Below are positions 38,039-47,116 of a DNA stretch of 64,000 bases, piece after piece. A program made the translations under genes and the position numbers. Under the pieces are notes generated by a model, which was not told the origin of the DNA, did no database searches, and saw only the letters and a list, made by a program, of their open reading frames with translations. Position 1 is the first letter of the stretch; the number at the start of each line of letters is the position of its first letter. The stretch is from an uncultured Alphaproteobacteria bacterium (lineage in GTDB: Bacteria; Pseudomonadota; Alphaproteobacteria; Rhizobiales; Xanthobacteraceae). Where the stretch lies: the NCBI GenBank assembly GCA_963756215.1, contig CAVWMY010000003.1:333442-397441 (forward strand). Direction: 5' to 3'.

Positions 38039-38054
38039 TTAACAACGCTTTAAC
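38039..38054 (+). promoter_or_regulatory. Candidate CtrA box (TTAA-N7-TTAAC)
   Basis: TTAACAACGCTTTAAC fits the canonical spacing exactly. It lies about 110 nt upstream of the OMP gene ATG, in the uvrC/OMP divergent region. Confidence 0.25.
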
Positions 38055-38162
38055 TTAAAAGTCTCGATAAATCCCATCGGTAAACAATAGGATTCCGTAA
38101 CCATGCCGGCTCGCTTCCAGCGCGAACCGGCGTCCGCGGCAGTTGCGTTCGGGAGAGTAAAA

Positions 38163-38783
38163 ATGAACAGGTTCGTTTGGGGCGTCGCCGCGTTGATCGC
38201 TGCGGGATGGGTAACATCGGCGCAGGCAGCCGACCTTTACGGATCGCGCGCTCCTTACACCGTCAATCAGCCGCTCAATGCCTATAGCTGGGCCGGTCCC
38301 TATCTCGGCGGCAATATCGGCTACGCCTGGGGCTCGGTCGACAACAATCCGACCAATCCGGGCGGCCTGGTTGGCGGTGTCCAGGGCGGTTACAACTGGC
38401 AGTCGGGGCCGGTGGTGTTCGGCGTCGAAGGCGACATCCAGGCAACCGGCGCCGACGATACGTTTGCGCCTTGGAAGTTCTCCAATCCCTGGTTCGGAAC
38501 GGTGCGCGGCCGGATCGGCTACGCCTTCAGCAACATCATGTTCTACGGCACCGGCGGTTTGGCGTTCGGCGAATTGCGCGGCGAGACCTTCGGCCTGTCG
38601 GAATCACACACCACGGCGGGTTGGACGGCGGGTGTCGGCGCCGAATTCGGCCTTGCGCCGAACTGGAGCGCGAAAATCGAATACCTCTTTGTCGATCTGT
38701 CCGACGAGCGCTTCAGCATCACCGGTGTCTCGAACGGTTATCAGTTCGGCGTGGTGCGCGCCGGCGTGAACTATCACTTCTGA
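38163..38783 (+). CDS. Outer-membrane beta-barrel protein (Omp25/Omp31 / OmpA-like porin family)
   Basis: It has a signal peptide (MNRFVWGVAALIAAGWVTSAQA), alternating beta-strand patterns and a C-terminal aromatic residue (VRAGVNYHF). An SD GGGAGAG precedes the ATG at 38163. Confidence 0.85.
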   Translation: MNRFVWGVAALIAAGWVTSAQAADLYGSRAPYTVNQPLNAYSWAGPYLGGNIGYAWGSVDNNPTNPGGLVGGVQGGYNWQSGPVVFGVEGDIQATGADDTFAPWKFSNPWFGTVRGRIGYAFSNIMFYGTGGLAFGELRGETFGLSESHTTAGWTAGVGAEFGLAPNWSAKIEYLFVDLSDERFSITGVSNGYQFGVVRAGVNYHF

Positions 38784-38811
38784 GCAATAAGAAAATATCG
38801 GATCACAACCT

Positions 38812-38841
38812 CCCGGCCGCCTCGCGGCCGGGATTTTTTTC
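38812..38841 (+). terminator. Rho-independent terminator
   Basis: The stem cccggccgc-ctc-gcggccggg is followed by a T7 run, 29 nt after the OMP stop. It lies between convergent genes. Confidence 0.8.
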
Positions 38842-38862
38842 GAACAGGCTTGCGCCGAGTTG

Positions 38863-39078
38863 CTACGGCGAGATCACCAGATTGACCGCCTTGGGGCCTT
38901 TGCCCTTTTTGTCAGGTTCGACCTCGAAAGTGATGCGCTGTCCTTCGGCTAAATCCTTCAATCCGGCGCGTTCGACCGCGGTGACGTGAACGAACACGTC
39001 GCGACCGCCGTCATCCGGTTTGATGAAACCGTAGCCGCGTTCGGCATTGAAGAACTTGACCGTCCCCGTCATGGCCAT
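38863..39078 (-). CDS. cspA: Cold-shock protein (CSD)
   Basis: TGTVKFFNAERGYGFIKPDDGGRDVFVHVTAVE carries the RNP1/RNP2 motifs. Start is at 39078 or 39072. Confidence 0.9.
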   Translation of the reverse strand: MAMTGTVKFFNAERGYGFIKPDDGGRDVFVHVTAVERAGLKDLAEGQRITFEVEPDKKGKGPKAVNLVISP

Positions 39079-39419
39079 CGGGAAACCCCCCGTACTGCTT
39101 TTGCCGCCTCGCACCTTGCGTATCGGCACGACCGGACATTCACCGCCGGAAAGCTTGGCCATCACTTTGCGGATTAGGCGAAACCGCCGATCCGTCTTAA
39201 AAATAATTTCGAGGCCTAATCACTCCGCCGCTACCATTCGCGGAAGCGGAACGTAAAGCCAGTCCTAATAATCCGCAGCATAATACGGTTTCCGGCGAAT
39301 TGCCTACGGTTCAAATCAGACTTTCCCCCGCGCGTCAGGTGCGGCCGTTTGTCCGGACCGGATCCGCGCGTTTCAGAGGGCCGGTACTCGGGCTCCAACG
39401 CGCCAAGCTCTAACTATCC

Positions 39420-40280
39420 TCAGGGTTTGGGCACTTCGAGCCTGAAGCGACCGGGGCCGCCCTGGCCGAGCGGCCTCTCCAGTTCGGGCAGGATGGCTTT
39501 CAGCTCGCTCGCCAGCCTCCAGGGCGGATTGACCAGCAGCAGGCCGGTCGAGACCAGGGCCGAATCGGCGGTCTGTGGCGCGACGCTGAACTCCAGGCGC
39601 AGGCATTTGCCGGGCGTCGGTCCGGTGTCGGCGATCTCGGCGACGCGCTGGGCGAGCCCGTCGGTAGCCCGCCGGCTTTTCGCCGGATACCAGAGCAAAT
39701 AACTGCCGGTTGGCCACTTCGCGAACGCCCCGGCAAAACCGTCCGCAATCCGCGTGAATTCGTCCTTTGCCTCGTAGGGAGGGTCGATCAGGATCAAGCC
39801 GCGCCGTTCGTTGGGCGGCACGAAAGCCGGCAACGCCACCCATCCGTCGAGGTCGACGACCCGGGCCTGGGGATCGCGGCGCAGCGCATCGATCAGATGC
39901 TTGCGCGCCTTGGGCTCGACTTCGCAAACCGTCAGCCGGTCCTGCGGCCGCAGCAGCGCGCGCGTGATCAGCGGCGATCCGGGATAGGCCTTCAACTCGG
40001 CGCGCGGATTGAAGGCCCTGACGATATCGAGGTAGGGCGCGACCAGCGGCGCCACGGTGTCCGAGAAGCGCGCCTGCATCATCCGCGCGATACCGGTCAG
40101 CCACTCGCCGCTGCGCTGCGCCTCGTCGCCTGCAAGATCGTAGATACCTGCGCCGGCATGCGTATCGATGACACGGAATGCGGCCGGCTTATCGTGCAAA
40201 TAGGTGAGAATGCGCACCAGCACGATGTGCTTGATGACGTCGGCGAAGCCGCCGGCATGAAAGGCGTGACGATAGTTCAT
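39420..40280 (-). CDS. rlmJ: 23S rRNA (adenine2030-N6)-methyltransferase
   Basis: MNYRHAFHAGGFADVIKH...IDTHAGAGIYDL...LILIDPPYE is the RlmJ signature. Confidence 0.9.
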   Translation of the reverse strand: MNYRHAFHAGGFADVIKHIVLVRILTYLHDKPAAFRVIDTHAGAGIYDLAGDEAQRSGEWLTGIARMMQARFSDTVAPLVAPYLDIVRAFNPRAELKAYPGSPLITRALLRPQDRLTVCEVEPKARKHLIDALRRDPQARVVDLDGWVALPAFVPPNERRGLILIDPPYEAKDEFTRIADGFAGAFAKWPTGSYLLWYPAKSRRATDGLAQRVAEIADTGPTPGKCLRLEFSVAPQTADSALVSTGLLLVNPPWRLASELKAILPELERPLGQGGPGRFRLEVPKP

Positions 40281-40417
40281 GCCGTCTTCTACCCGTCATT
40301 GGCCCGGATTGTCCCGGCGATCCATCCCGGCGAACAAAGAAAGGCGTGAACGACCGGCAGGTCCGGCCCGGCACGAATTCGCGCGTATCCGGGGCGCCAC
40401 CGCGGAAAGGCGCGAAA

Positions 40418-41131
40418 CTAGCCGCCGCGCATCGGCGGCATCGATACCTGGTCGCGCCGGCAGCCCCGGCGGTCGATTTCTTCGCAGTCCCGGAATTGCA
40501 GATCCTTGCTCAGGCAGATACGCACCTCGCTGAGCCGCCTACGGTTGCAGGTCACGGCAATCGCGGATGGGCTCAGCCCGGGGTTGGCCTTGACGAAGGC
40601 ATCCTCGATCTCGCTGGGCGCCACCGTCTTCGGCGCCGACAGGTCGAGATATTCCTCTGGGATCTTTACCGCCGCACGGGCCTTGCGGACGGTCTCGAAA
40701 TAGGCGCGCTCGCCCAGTCCGGAGCAGGTGCCGTGCTTGTCCCATTCGTTGAAGATCAGTCCAGGCGCCGGCATCAGGTCGAGCATCGACGACATGATGT
40801 TGCGGTTCAGCCGCGGCGACGGCCGCTGGCAATATTCGGGAAAGCCGTGCTCGTATTGCGGCCACAGCCCGTGCACCACAAAGGAAAACGGCCTCCCGCC
40901 GCATTGCGCTTGCGAGCGCCGGCCGCTGCCGCGCTCTTCCGCCTCTTCGCAGAATGACGGCGACCACGACAGCGACAGAACGTAATAGTCGAACTCGCCC
41001 GGGGTATTCTGCCGCCGATCCTGCGCGGACGCCGTCCCCGATCCGGTCAAGGCTGACACCATGAGCAGGCCGCAGGCCGCCAGCCCCGAAGTCACCCAGG
41101 CCGAAATCGCAATTCGTGGAAATTGAACCAT
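40418..41131 (-). CDS. Secreted ribonuclease T2 family protein
   Basis: It has a signal peptide, the CAS I motif FVVHGLWPQ and the CAS II motif FNEWDKHGTC. Confidence 0.9.
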   Translation of the reverse strand: MVQFPRIAISAWVTSGLAACGLLMVSALTGSGTASAQDRRQNTPGEFDYYVLSLSWSPSFCEEAEERGSGRRSQAQCGGRPFSFVVHGLWPQYEHGFPEYCQRPSPRLNRNIMSSMLDLMPAPGLIFNEWDKHGTCSGLGERAYFETVRKARAAVKIPEEYLDLSAPKTVAPSEIEDAFVKANPGLSPSAIAVTCNRRRLSEVRICLSKDLQFRDCEEIDRRGCRRDQVSMPPMRGG

Positions 41132-41295
41132 ACCGACGCCCCTTCCTGAACTGTAGAAAAGCCTAGCAGAGGCGTTTGGAACATTTCAAGAACAAACTGG
41201 CGGGCCAGGCAACTACAATGCCGATATGCTCGGCGGATCGTAGTCAGTTCTGCTTGCAGGCCGGGGCCGGCGCGGACGCTAGGCTCGATCGCCCA

Positions 41296-41766
41296 TCAGG
41301 GGCGGGCCAGCCTGCAATTGGGGTTATAGGCCCAGTTGCGATCAAGCCCGGTAACACACCATTCGACGCCCTGGGTGAAACTGGCGAAACCGCCATCCTC
41401 GATGATCGAGTAGTATACCGTGCGCTGCTTGCCGTCGTTGAGCATGACATCGGCGCTGCAGAAGCGGCGCGGAATATTATCGGATTGCCACGGACGGAAT
41501 GCGGTCTCGTGAATCCGCGCATAACCCGTGATTTGCAGAGCGGAATTCCAGTACGTGCTTTCCTTTTCCTGGAATTGCGACGTGATCGTCGCCAGCGCCG
41601 CCGGACATTCGGCCACGCGGCCGTCATATCTCGGGCCGGACAGCCAGAAATTCATCTCGAACCCGCTGGCCGCCTCGGCCGCCTGCCCGAACGCGAACAA
41701 GCCCAGCAGGATGCCGAGAGCGGCACCGATGCCGGATTTTCTGGATGGAGTGAAGACGTTGCGCAT
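41296..41766 (-). CDS. Secreted 4-Cys hypothetical protein
   Basis: It has a signal peptide (GIGAALGILLGLFAFGQAAEA). No domain was recognised. Codon bias resembles that of neighbouring genes. Confidence 0.6.
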   Translation of the reverse strand: MRNVFTPSRKSGIGAALGILLGLFAFGQAAEAASGFEMNFWLSGPRYDGRVAECPAALATITSQFQEKESTYWNSALQITGYARIHETAFRPWQSDNIPRRFCSADVMLNDGKQRTVYYSIIEDGGFASFTQGVEWCVTGLDRNWAYNPNCRLARP

Positions 41767-41930
41767 GGAGAATCCGCCGGATGATGTAGCGGGGAACGGT
41801 GCCGCGAAACCCCCGGAAAGGTCAAGTGCAGCGCGGCAACACTGCCGATAACTCCGCGCGGAACCCGGCGGCCGTTCTTTTCATGGCCACAGATGCCCTT
41901 TAAGGTGCCTTCACCGAAATGGAGTTTGCG

Positions 41931-42221
41931 ATGCGAATGATTTGGGCCGCGAGCTTGGTTGCCACCTGTGGAATGCTGGCAGTCGCGCCGGCGCGGGCGG
42001 ATACCGTGCCCCCCTTCAAGGGCAACGACACCGGCGGCATCATCGCTTACACGCTGACGCAGCAGACCGACATCCGCACGCTGGCGATCAATCACTGCGC
42101 GCAGTACGGCAAGGTGGTCAGGTTCCTCGCCGTCGAGCCGCATTATGGCGGCTATATCTCGTTCGCCTGTCGCTGGGTGCCGTACGGCTCCGGGGCGCCG
42201 CCGCTCGCGGCCCGCTACTGA
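41931..42221 (+). CDS. Small secreted hypothetical protein
   Basis: MRMIWAASLVATCGMLAVAPARA is a signal peptide. A GGAG lies 5 nt upstream of the ATG at 41931. The ATG at 41919 is the alternative start. Confidence 0.5.
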   Translation: MRMIWAASLVATCGMLAVAPARADTVPPFKGNDTGGIIAYTLTQQTDIRTLAINHCAQYGKVVRFLAVEPHYGGYISFACRWVPYGSGAPPLAARY

Positions 42222-42272
42222 CACTGACACAGCCGGCACGTTCTCTGCCGCGGATTCACGGAAGCGCTGACG

Positions 42273-42797
42273 ATGATGCGACGGCCTTATTCATTTTGTT
42301 TGGCATTCTGTCTGTTGGCGTCGATGCCGACACCCCGCGCCGACGCGGACGAGCTGCCGATTCGCAAGGCCGGCCTGTGGGAAATGAAGGTGTCCGGCGG
42401 CGGATCGATTCCCGAAATGAAGTTGCAGCAATGCACTGACGAGAGCACCGACCGGCAGATGAGCACCGCGTTCTCGCCGCTATCGAAGGAACTCTGCTCC
42501 AAAAAGGACGTCCGGAAGACCGCGAACGGTTACGTGATGGATTCCGACTGCAGCCTTGCCGGCGTGTCGATCGCCTCGCACTCCGAGATCGTCGGCGACT
42601 TCAATTCGGCCTACACCGTCAAATCGACCTCGCACGGCGATGCGGCCGCCGGGCGGGGCGATCGCGTGACCGCGATCGACGCGAAGTGGCTTGGCGCCTG
42701 CAAGCCCGATCAGAAGCCGGGCGATGTCGTCATGCCCGGCGGCTTCAAGCTGAACGTCAAGGACGCCGAAAAGCTCAAAGGGCTGTTGCCGAAATAG
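42273..42797 (+). CDS. Secreted DUF3617-like protein
   Basis: It has a signal peptide, then the GLWEMKV... pattern and the conserved Cys spacing that I associate with DUF3617. Confidence 0.65.
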   Translation: MMRRPYSFCLAFCLLASMPTPRADADELPIRKAGLWEMKVSGGGSIPEMKLQQCTDESTDRQMSTAFSPLSKELCSKKDVRKTANGYVMDSDCSLAGVSIASHSEIVGDFNSAYTVKSTSHGDAAAGRGDRVTAIDAKWLGACKPDQKPGDVVMPGGFKLNVKDAEKLKGLLPK

Positions 42798-42875
42798 TGA
42801 TCCCGCACGGCGCAAATGACCGGCGTGGATGAGGTGGTCCACGGCTGTCGCGACTCAATCTGAGTGCGTCACGCC

Positions 42876-44264
42876 TTAGACCGGTATCCGCACCGTGGCG
42901 CGAAGCCCGCCGGTCGGGCTATCGCCGAGCATGATGTCGCCGCCATGCGAGCGCGCGATGTCGCGGGCAATCGCCAGGCCGAGTCCGGTCCCGCCCTCGT
43001 CCTGGTTGCGGGCATCGTCGAGCCGCAGGAACGGCTTGAACACTTCCTCGCGCATTTCCTGCGGAATGCCCGGGCCGTCGTCGTCGATCGTCACGGTCAG
43101 ATAGCGATGATCGCGGTGACCCGTGATCGCAATCGTTCTGGCATGCCGTGCCGCGTTCGAGACCAAATTGCCGAGGCAGCGCTTGAAGGAGGCGGGTTTA
43201 ACCGTGACCACGGGCAGGCCGTTGAACTGAACGGTGGCGCGGTGGCCGTTGCGATCGGCGTCGATGCGCAACTCTTCCAGCGCCTGAGCCATGTCGGTCG
43301 GCTGGGCGCGCTCGCCGCCGTCGCCGCGCGCAAACGCCAGATAGGCCTCGAGCATGCCGGACATTTCGTCGACGTCCTTGCGCATGCCCTCGACTTCAGG
43401 ACTATCCCCGATCAGCGCCAGTTCGAGCTTGAACCTGGTCAGGATGGTTCGCAGGTCGTGCGAGACGCCGGCCAGCATCGCGGTGCGCTGCTCGATGCTG
43501 CGCTCGATGCGTGATTTCATCTCCAGGAACGCCTGCGCTGCACGACGCACTTCGCGCGCGCCCCGGGGGCGGAAGTTCGGCGCTTCGCGGCCCTTGCCGA
43601 AACTTTCCGCCGCATCGGCAAGCCGCAGGATCGGCCTGATCTGGTTACGCAGGAACAGGACCGCCACGATCAGCAGGATCGACGACGTGCCGACCATCCA
43701 GAACAGGAAGATCTCCGAGTTCGGCGCGTAGGCGGCGCTGCGCTGGGCGAAAATCCGCATCACCGCGTCATCAAGCTGGATGCGGATCTCCAAAAGGTTG
43801 GAGCGCCCGACGGTATCGATCCAGAACGGCTTGCCGACCTGCCGGCCCAACTGCTTCGAAAGCGATTGATCGAGCAGCGAGAAAAACGGCTTCGGGCCCG
43901 GTGGCGGCATGTCGCCGACCGGAAGGAAATCCACCACCAGTCCGAGCCGCTGCTGGGCGATACGCCGCAGCAGCGCGTGATCCTTGTCCTGCGGGTAGCC
44001 GTTATAGATGTCGATCAGGCCGGCGATGTCCTGCACCACCGAAGCCGACAGGCGCCGGGTAACGGTGTTCCAGTTCCGCTCCATGAATACGAATGCCACT
44101 ACCGACTGCAGCACCACCATCGGCACGATCATGATCAGCAGCGCGCGGGCATAGAGCCCCGTCGGCATCCAGCCCTTGAACGCGTTGCCCATCCAGCCGT
44201 TGACCGCGGAGACACGGCCGGCGGCGGTGCGGATCAGCGTAAGGCCGGTGTCGAGCGTGCTCAT
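42876..44264 (-). CDS. Two-component sensor histidine kinase (EnvZ-type architecture)
   Basis: It has two TM helices, a HAMP domain, the H-box MLAGVSHDLRTILT, and the N/G boxes (GNLVSNAARH, DDDGPGIP, GGTGLGLAIA). Confidence 0.9.
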   Translation of the reverse strand: MSTLDTGLTLIRTAAGRVSAVNGWMGNAFKGWMPTGLYARALLIMIVPMVVLQSVVAFVFMERNWNTVTRRLSASVVQDIAGLIDIYNGYPQDKDHALLRRIAQQRLGLVVDFLPVGDMPPPGPKPFFSLLDQSLSKQLGRQVGKPFWIDTVGRSNLLEIRIQLDDAVMRIFAQRSAAYAPNSEIFLFWMVGTSSILLIVAVLFLRNQIRPILRLADAAESFGKGREAPNFRPRGAREVRRAAQAFLEMKSRIERSIEQRTAMLAGVSHDLRTILTRFKLELALIGDSPEVEGMRKDVDEMSGMLEAYLAFARGDGGERAQPTDMAQALEELRIDADRNGHRATVQFNGLPVVTVKPASFKRCLGNLVSNAARHARTIAITGHRDHRYLTVTIDDDGPGIPQEMREEVFKPFLRLDDARNQDEGGTGLGLAIARDIARSHGGDIMLGDSPTGGLRATVRIPV

Positions 44265-44308
44265 CGGTCAGGATTCGGGTCGGTGGACGGAGATGGGCTG
44301 CGAACGGA

Positions 44309-45034
44309 TCAAGGCGATGCGACCAGGCGATAGCCGACGCCGCGCACCGCCTGCAGGAACAGCGGGCTTGCGGGATCGCGTTCGATCTTGCGTCGCAGCC
44401 GGTTGATCTGAACGTCGACCGCGCGCTCGTTGACGGAGCCATCGCCGCCGGTCAACGCGCCGCGCGGCACCGTCTCGCCCGGCGTCGCCGCCAGAATACG
44501 CAGCATATCGCGTTCGCGATCGGTGAGATGGATCACTTCGTCGCCCTGGCGCAGTTCGCCGCGGTCGAGGTGATAGACGTAAGGTCCGAATGCGATCGAC
44601 TCCAGCGTTTCCACCGGCGGCGGCGCGGTGCGCTTGAGGATGTTGCCGATGCGCAGCACCAGTTCGCGGGGTTCGAACGGCTTGGCGACGTAGTCATCGG
44701 CGCCGATCTGCAGGCCCTCGATCCGGCTCTCCGCCTCATGGCGCGCCGTCAGCATGATGATGGGGACCGACGACGAGGTGCGGATGAAGCGGGCGAGTTC
44801 GAAGCCGGTTTCGCCGGGCATCATGACGTCGAGAATGAGCATGTCGAAGTGCAGGCCGAGCAGCTTGGCGCGGGCGTCCTTGGCGCTCATCGCCGTCGTG
44901 ACGCGATAACCTTCGCCGCACAGAAAGCGCGACAGCAGGTCGCGGATGCGGCGGTCATCGTCGACCAGCAGCAAATGCGGCGCGTCGTCGGCCGGTCGCG
45001 GCGCTAGCTGGCCGAAGTGTGCAGCCTGGGCCAC
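44309..45034 (-). CDS. OmpR-family response regulator (PetR/CenR-like by context)
   Basis: It has a receiver domain (LLLVDDD...LILDVMMPG...ADDYVAKPF) and a winged-helix output (VDVQINRLRRKIE..VRGVGYRL). The GTG at 45034 lies 1 nt after the MarR stop and has an SD GAAGGA. Confidence 0.88.
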   Translation of the reverse strand: MAQAAHFGQLAPRPADDAPHLLLVDDDRRIRDLLSRFLCGEGYRVTTAMSAKDARAKLLGLHFDMLILDVMMPGETGFELARFIRTSSSVPIIMLTARHEAESRIEGLQIGADDYVAKPFEPRELVLRIGNILKRTAPPPVETLESIAFGPYVYHLDRGELRQGDEVIHLTDRERDMLRILAATPGETVPRGALTGGDGSVNERAVDVQINRLRRKIERDPASPLFLQAVRGVGYRLVASP

Positions 45035-45035
45035 A

Positions 45036-45587
45036 TCATTCCTTCGCGGTTGAATTGGCAGTTGCAAGGATCTTCTCCAGCACCTTGTCGGGATCGTCGC
45101 GGTCGATCATGGCACGCAAGAACTGGCAAACCGCATCCTTGCCGGCGGGATCGATGTCGCGCAGCGCGCGGTTGATCCGGTCGGTCTGCAGCCCCGCGAG
45201 CTTGCCCACCAGCGCCTCACCCTTTGCGGTGGCGAAAAGAAGGCGCTGTCGCCGGTCGTTGTTGCCGGTTCTCTGCACGATATACCCTTCGTCGAGCAAT
45301 TGCTTGAGCACCCGTCCCAGCGATTGCTTGGTGATGCGAAGCACGTCGAGGAGATCGGCGACCTTCAGCCCGGGATAGCGGTGGACGAAATGCATGACCC
45401 GGTGGTGCGCCCGGCCGAACCCGAAAACTTCCAACTCGTGATCCGCGTCACCGACGAAATCGCGGTAGGCGAAGAACAACAGCTCGATAATGTCCCAGCG
45501 CATCTCCCCGCTTCGAGGGGGGCCAGCCCGGTCCGCGCCCCGCATGTCGGGGTCAGGGGAAGAGTTTGAGATATTTACGTCAGTCAT
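45036..45587 (-). CDS. MarR-family transcriptional regulator
   Basis: It has the winged HTH LKVADLLDVLRITKQSLGRVLKQLLDEGYIVQRTGNNDRRQRLL. Start is the ATG at 45587. Confidence 0.85.
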   Translation of the reverse strand: MTDVNISNSSPDPDMRGADRAGPPRSGEMRWDIIELLFFAYRDFVGDADHELEVFGFGRAHHRVMHFVHRYPGLKVADLLDVLRITKQSLGRVLKQLLDEGYIVQRTGNNDRRQRLLFATAKGEALVGKLAGLQTDRINRALRDIDPAGKDAVCQFLRAMIDRDDPDKVLEKILATANSTAKE

Positions 45588-46000
45588 ATTGACATATCGT
45601 GGGTTCAATGTTACAAAATCATCGTCCGCAACGAAACATTAAGTCGCTTTGAGCTGCGGATACGGGACAGTCAGCCGGGACGAAGCCTGGGGAAGCCCAG
45701 GAAAGTCGGGTTCGGGCGGCGCCGGCCGCGCATTTATTAACCGTACGATTGTCGAGCGGCGTTTCGGCAAACATACTGGACTTCTGCCGTCTGCAAAAGC
45801 ATGTCCTCCGGGATGTGGATGGAAACCGGCCGCAGGGCCGGAAAGCGGGCCGGCCAGGTGTCATCAACCGCGCGAAAGCGCAGAACGCGCGACAGCGCGG
45901 CTAACCCGGGAGAGCGCCCATGGGAGTTTCAATGGGAATTTCATTAGACCAAGCTGCCCGGGCTCCGGAAGCCATCGCGTCGACGGCGGGAAGCAAGGGA

Positions 46001-47080
46001 ATGAGCCTGAAATTCGAAATTCGGCCGGCGGCGAATCCGACGTCCAAACAGGAGTGCGCCGCCCGTATCGTGGACCCGGGCTTCGGCCGGATATTCACCG
46101 ATCACATGGCCGTGGTCCGCTACGATCAGGCACAGGGCTGGCACGACGCGCGAATCGATTCGCGCGTGCATTTCCCGCTCGATCCGGCCTTGGCGGTCCT
46201 GCATTACGCACAGGAGATTTTCGAAGGTCTCAAGGCCTACAAGCGCGAGGATGGCGGCGTGAACCTGTTCCGCCCCGATGCCAACGCCCGGCGCTTCCGG
46301 AGTTCGGCTGAGCGCATGGCGATGGCGCCGCTGCCCGAGGCCGTTTTTATCGAAGCGGTCGAGCAACTCGTGCGTATCGACAGCGCCTGGATACCGGGCG
46401 GCGAGGGCAGTCTCTACCTGCGGCCCTTCATGATCGCGAGCGAGGTCTTCCTCGGCGTGAAGCCTTCTGCGGAATATATCTTCGCGGTGATCGCTTCGCC
46501 GGTCGGCTCCTATTTCAAGGGCGGGCCGGCGCCCGTATCGATCTGGGTGTCGGAGAACTACACGCGCGCTGCGATCGGCGGCACCGGCGCCGTCAAATGC
46601 GGCGGCAACTACGCCGCGAGCCTGCGCGCGCAGGCCGAGGCGATCGAACACGGTTGCGATCAGGTCGTTTTCCTCGACGCGGTCGAACGCCGCTATGTCG
46701 AGGAACTCGGCGGCATGAACGTCTTCTTTGTGTTCGACGATGGTTCACTGCTGACGCCGCCGCTCGGCACGATCCTGCCGGGCATCACCCGCGATTCGAT
46801 CATCGCGCTCGCCAGGGATTCCGGCACGCGCGTGCGCGAAGAACCCTACACGATCGAGCAGTGGCGCATGGATGCGCAAAGCGGAAAGCTGAAAGAGGCC
46901 TTCGCCTGCGGCACCGCGGCCGTGATCTCGCCGATCGGCAAGGTGTGCTCGGCGAGCGGCGATTTTCTCATTAGCGGCGGCACCGCAGGTCCCGTCGCGA
47001 TGGGCCTGCGCAAGCAGTTGGTCGACATCCAGTACGGCCGCGCCGCCGACCCGCACAACTGGATCAGAAAGGTCCTGTGA
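46001..47080 (+). CDS. ilvE: Branched-chain-amino-acid aminotransferase
   Basis: FTDHM, EGLKAYK, YLRPF and GGTGAVKCGGNYAAS are class IV PLP aminotransferase signatures. An SD AAGGGA precedes the ATG at 46001, giving 359 aa. Confidence 0.92.
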   Translation: MSLKFEIRPAANPTSKQECAARIVDPGFGRIFTDHMAVVRYDQAQGWHDARIDSRVHFPLDPALAVLHYAQEIFEGLKAYKREDGGVNLFRPDANARRFRSSAERMAMAPLPEAVFIEAVEQLVRIDSAWIPGGEGSLYLRPFMIASEVFLGVKPSAEYIFAVIASPVGSYFKGGPAPVSIWVSENYTRAAIGGTGAVKCGGNYAASLRAQAEAIEHGCDQVVFLDAVERRYVEELGGMNVFFVFDDGSLLTPPLGTILPGITRDSIIALARDSGTRVREEPYTIEQWRMDAQSGKLKEAFACGTAAVISPIGKVCSASGDFLISGGTAGPVAMGLRKQLVDIQYGRAADPHNWIRKVL

Positions 47081-47116
47081 CCGAGGCGGAATTCGGCGCT
47101 TCGGCGACAGGCGCGG

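Noticed and set aside
45609-46000. The 390-bp marR/ilvE spacer, with several short GC hairpins (cctggggaagcccagg, ccggccgcagggccgg), as an sRNA or riboswitch.
   Set aside because: I found no match to any RNA family I can recognise, no terminator-like element and no conserved-looking core. It is an ordinary divergent promoter region until a covariance search shows otherwise.
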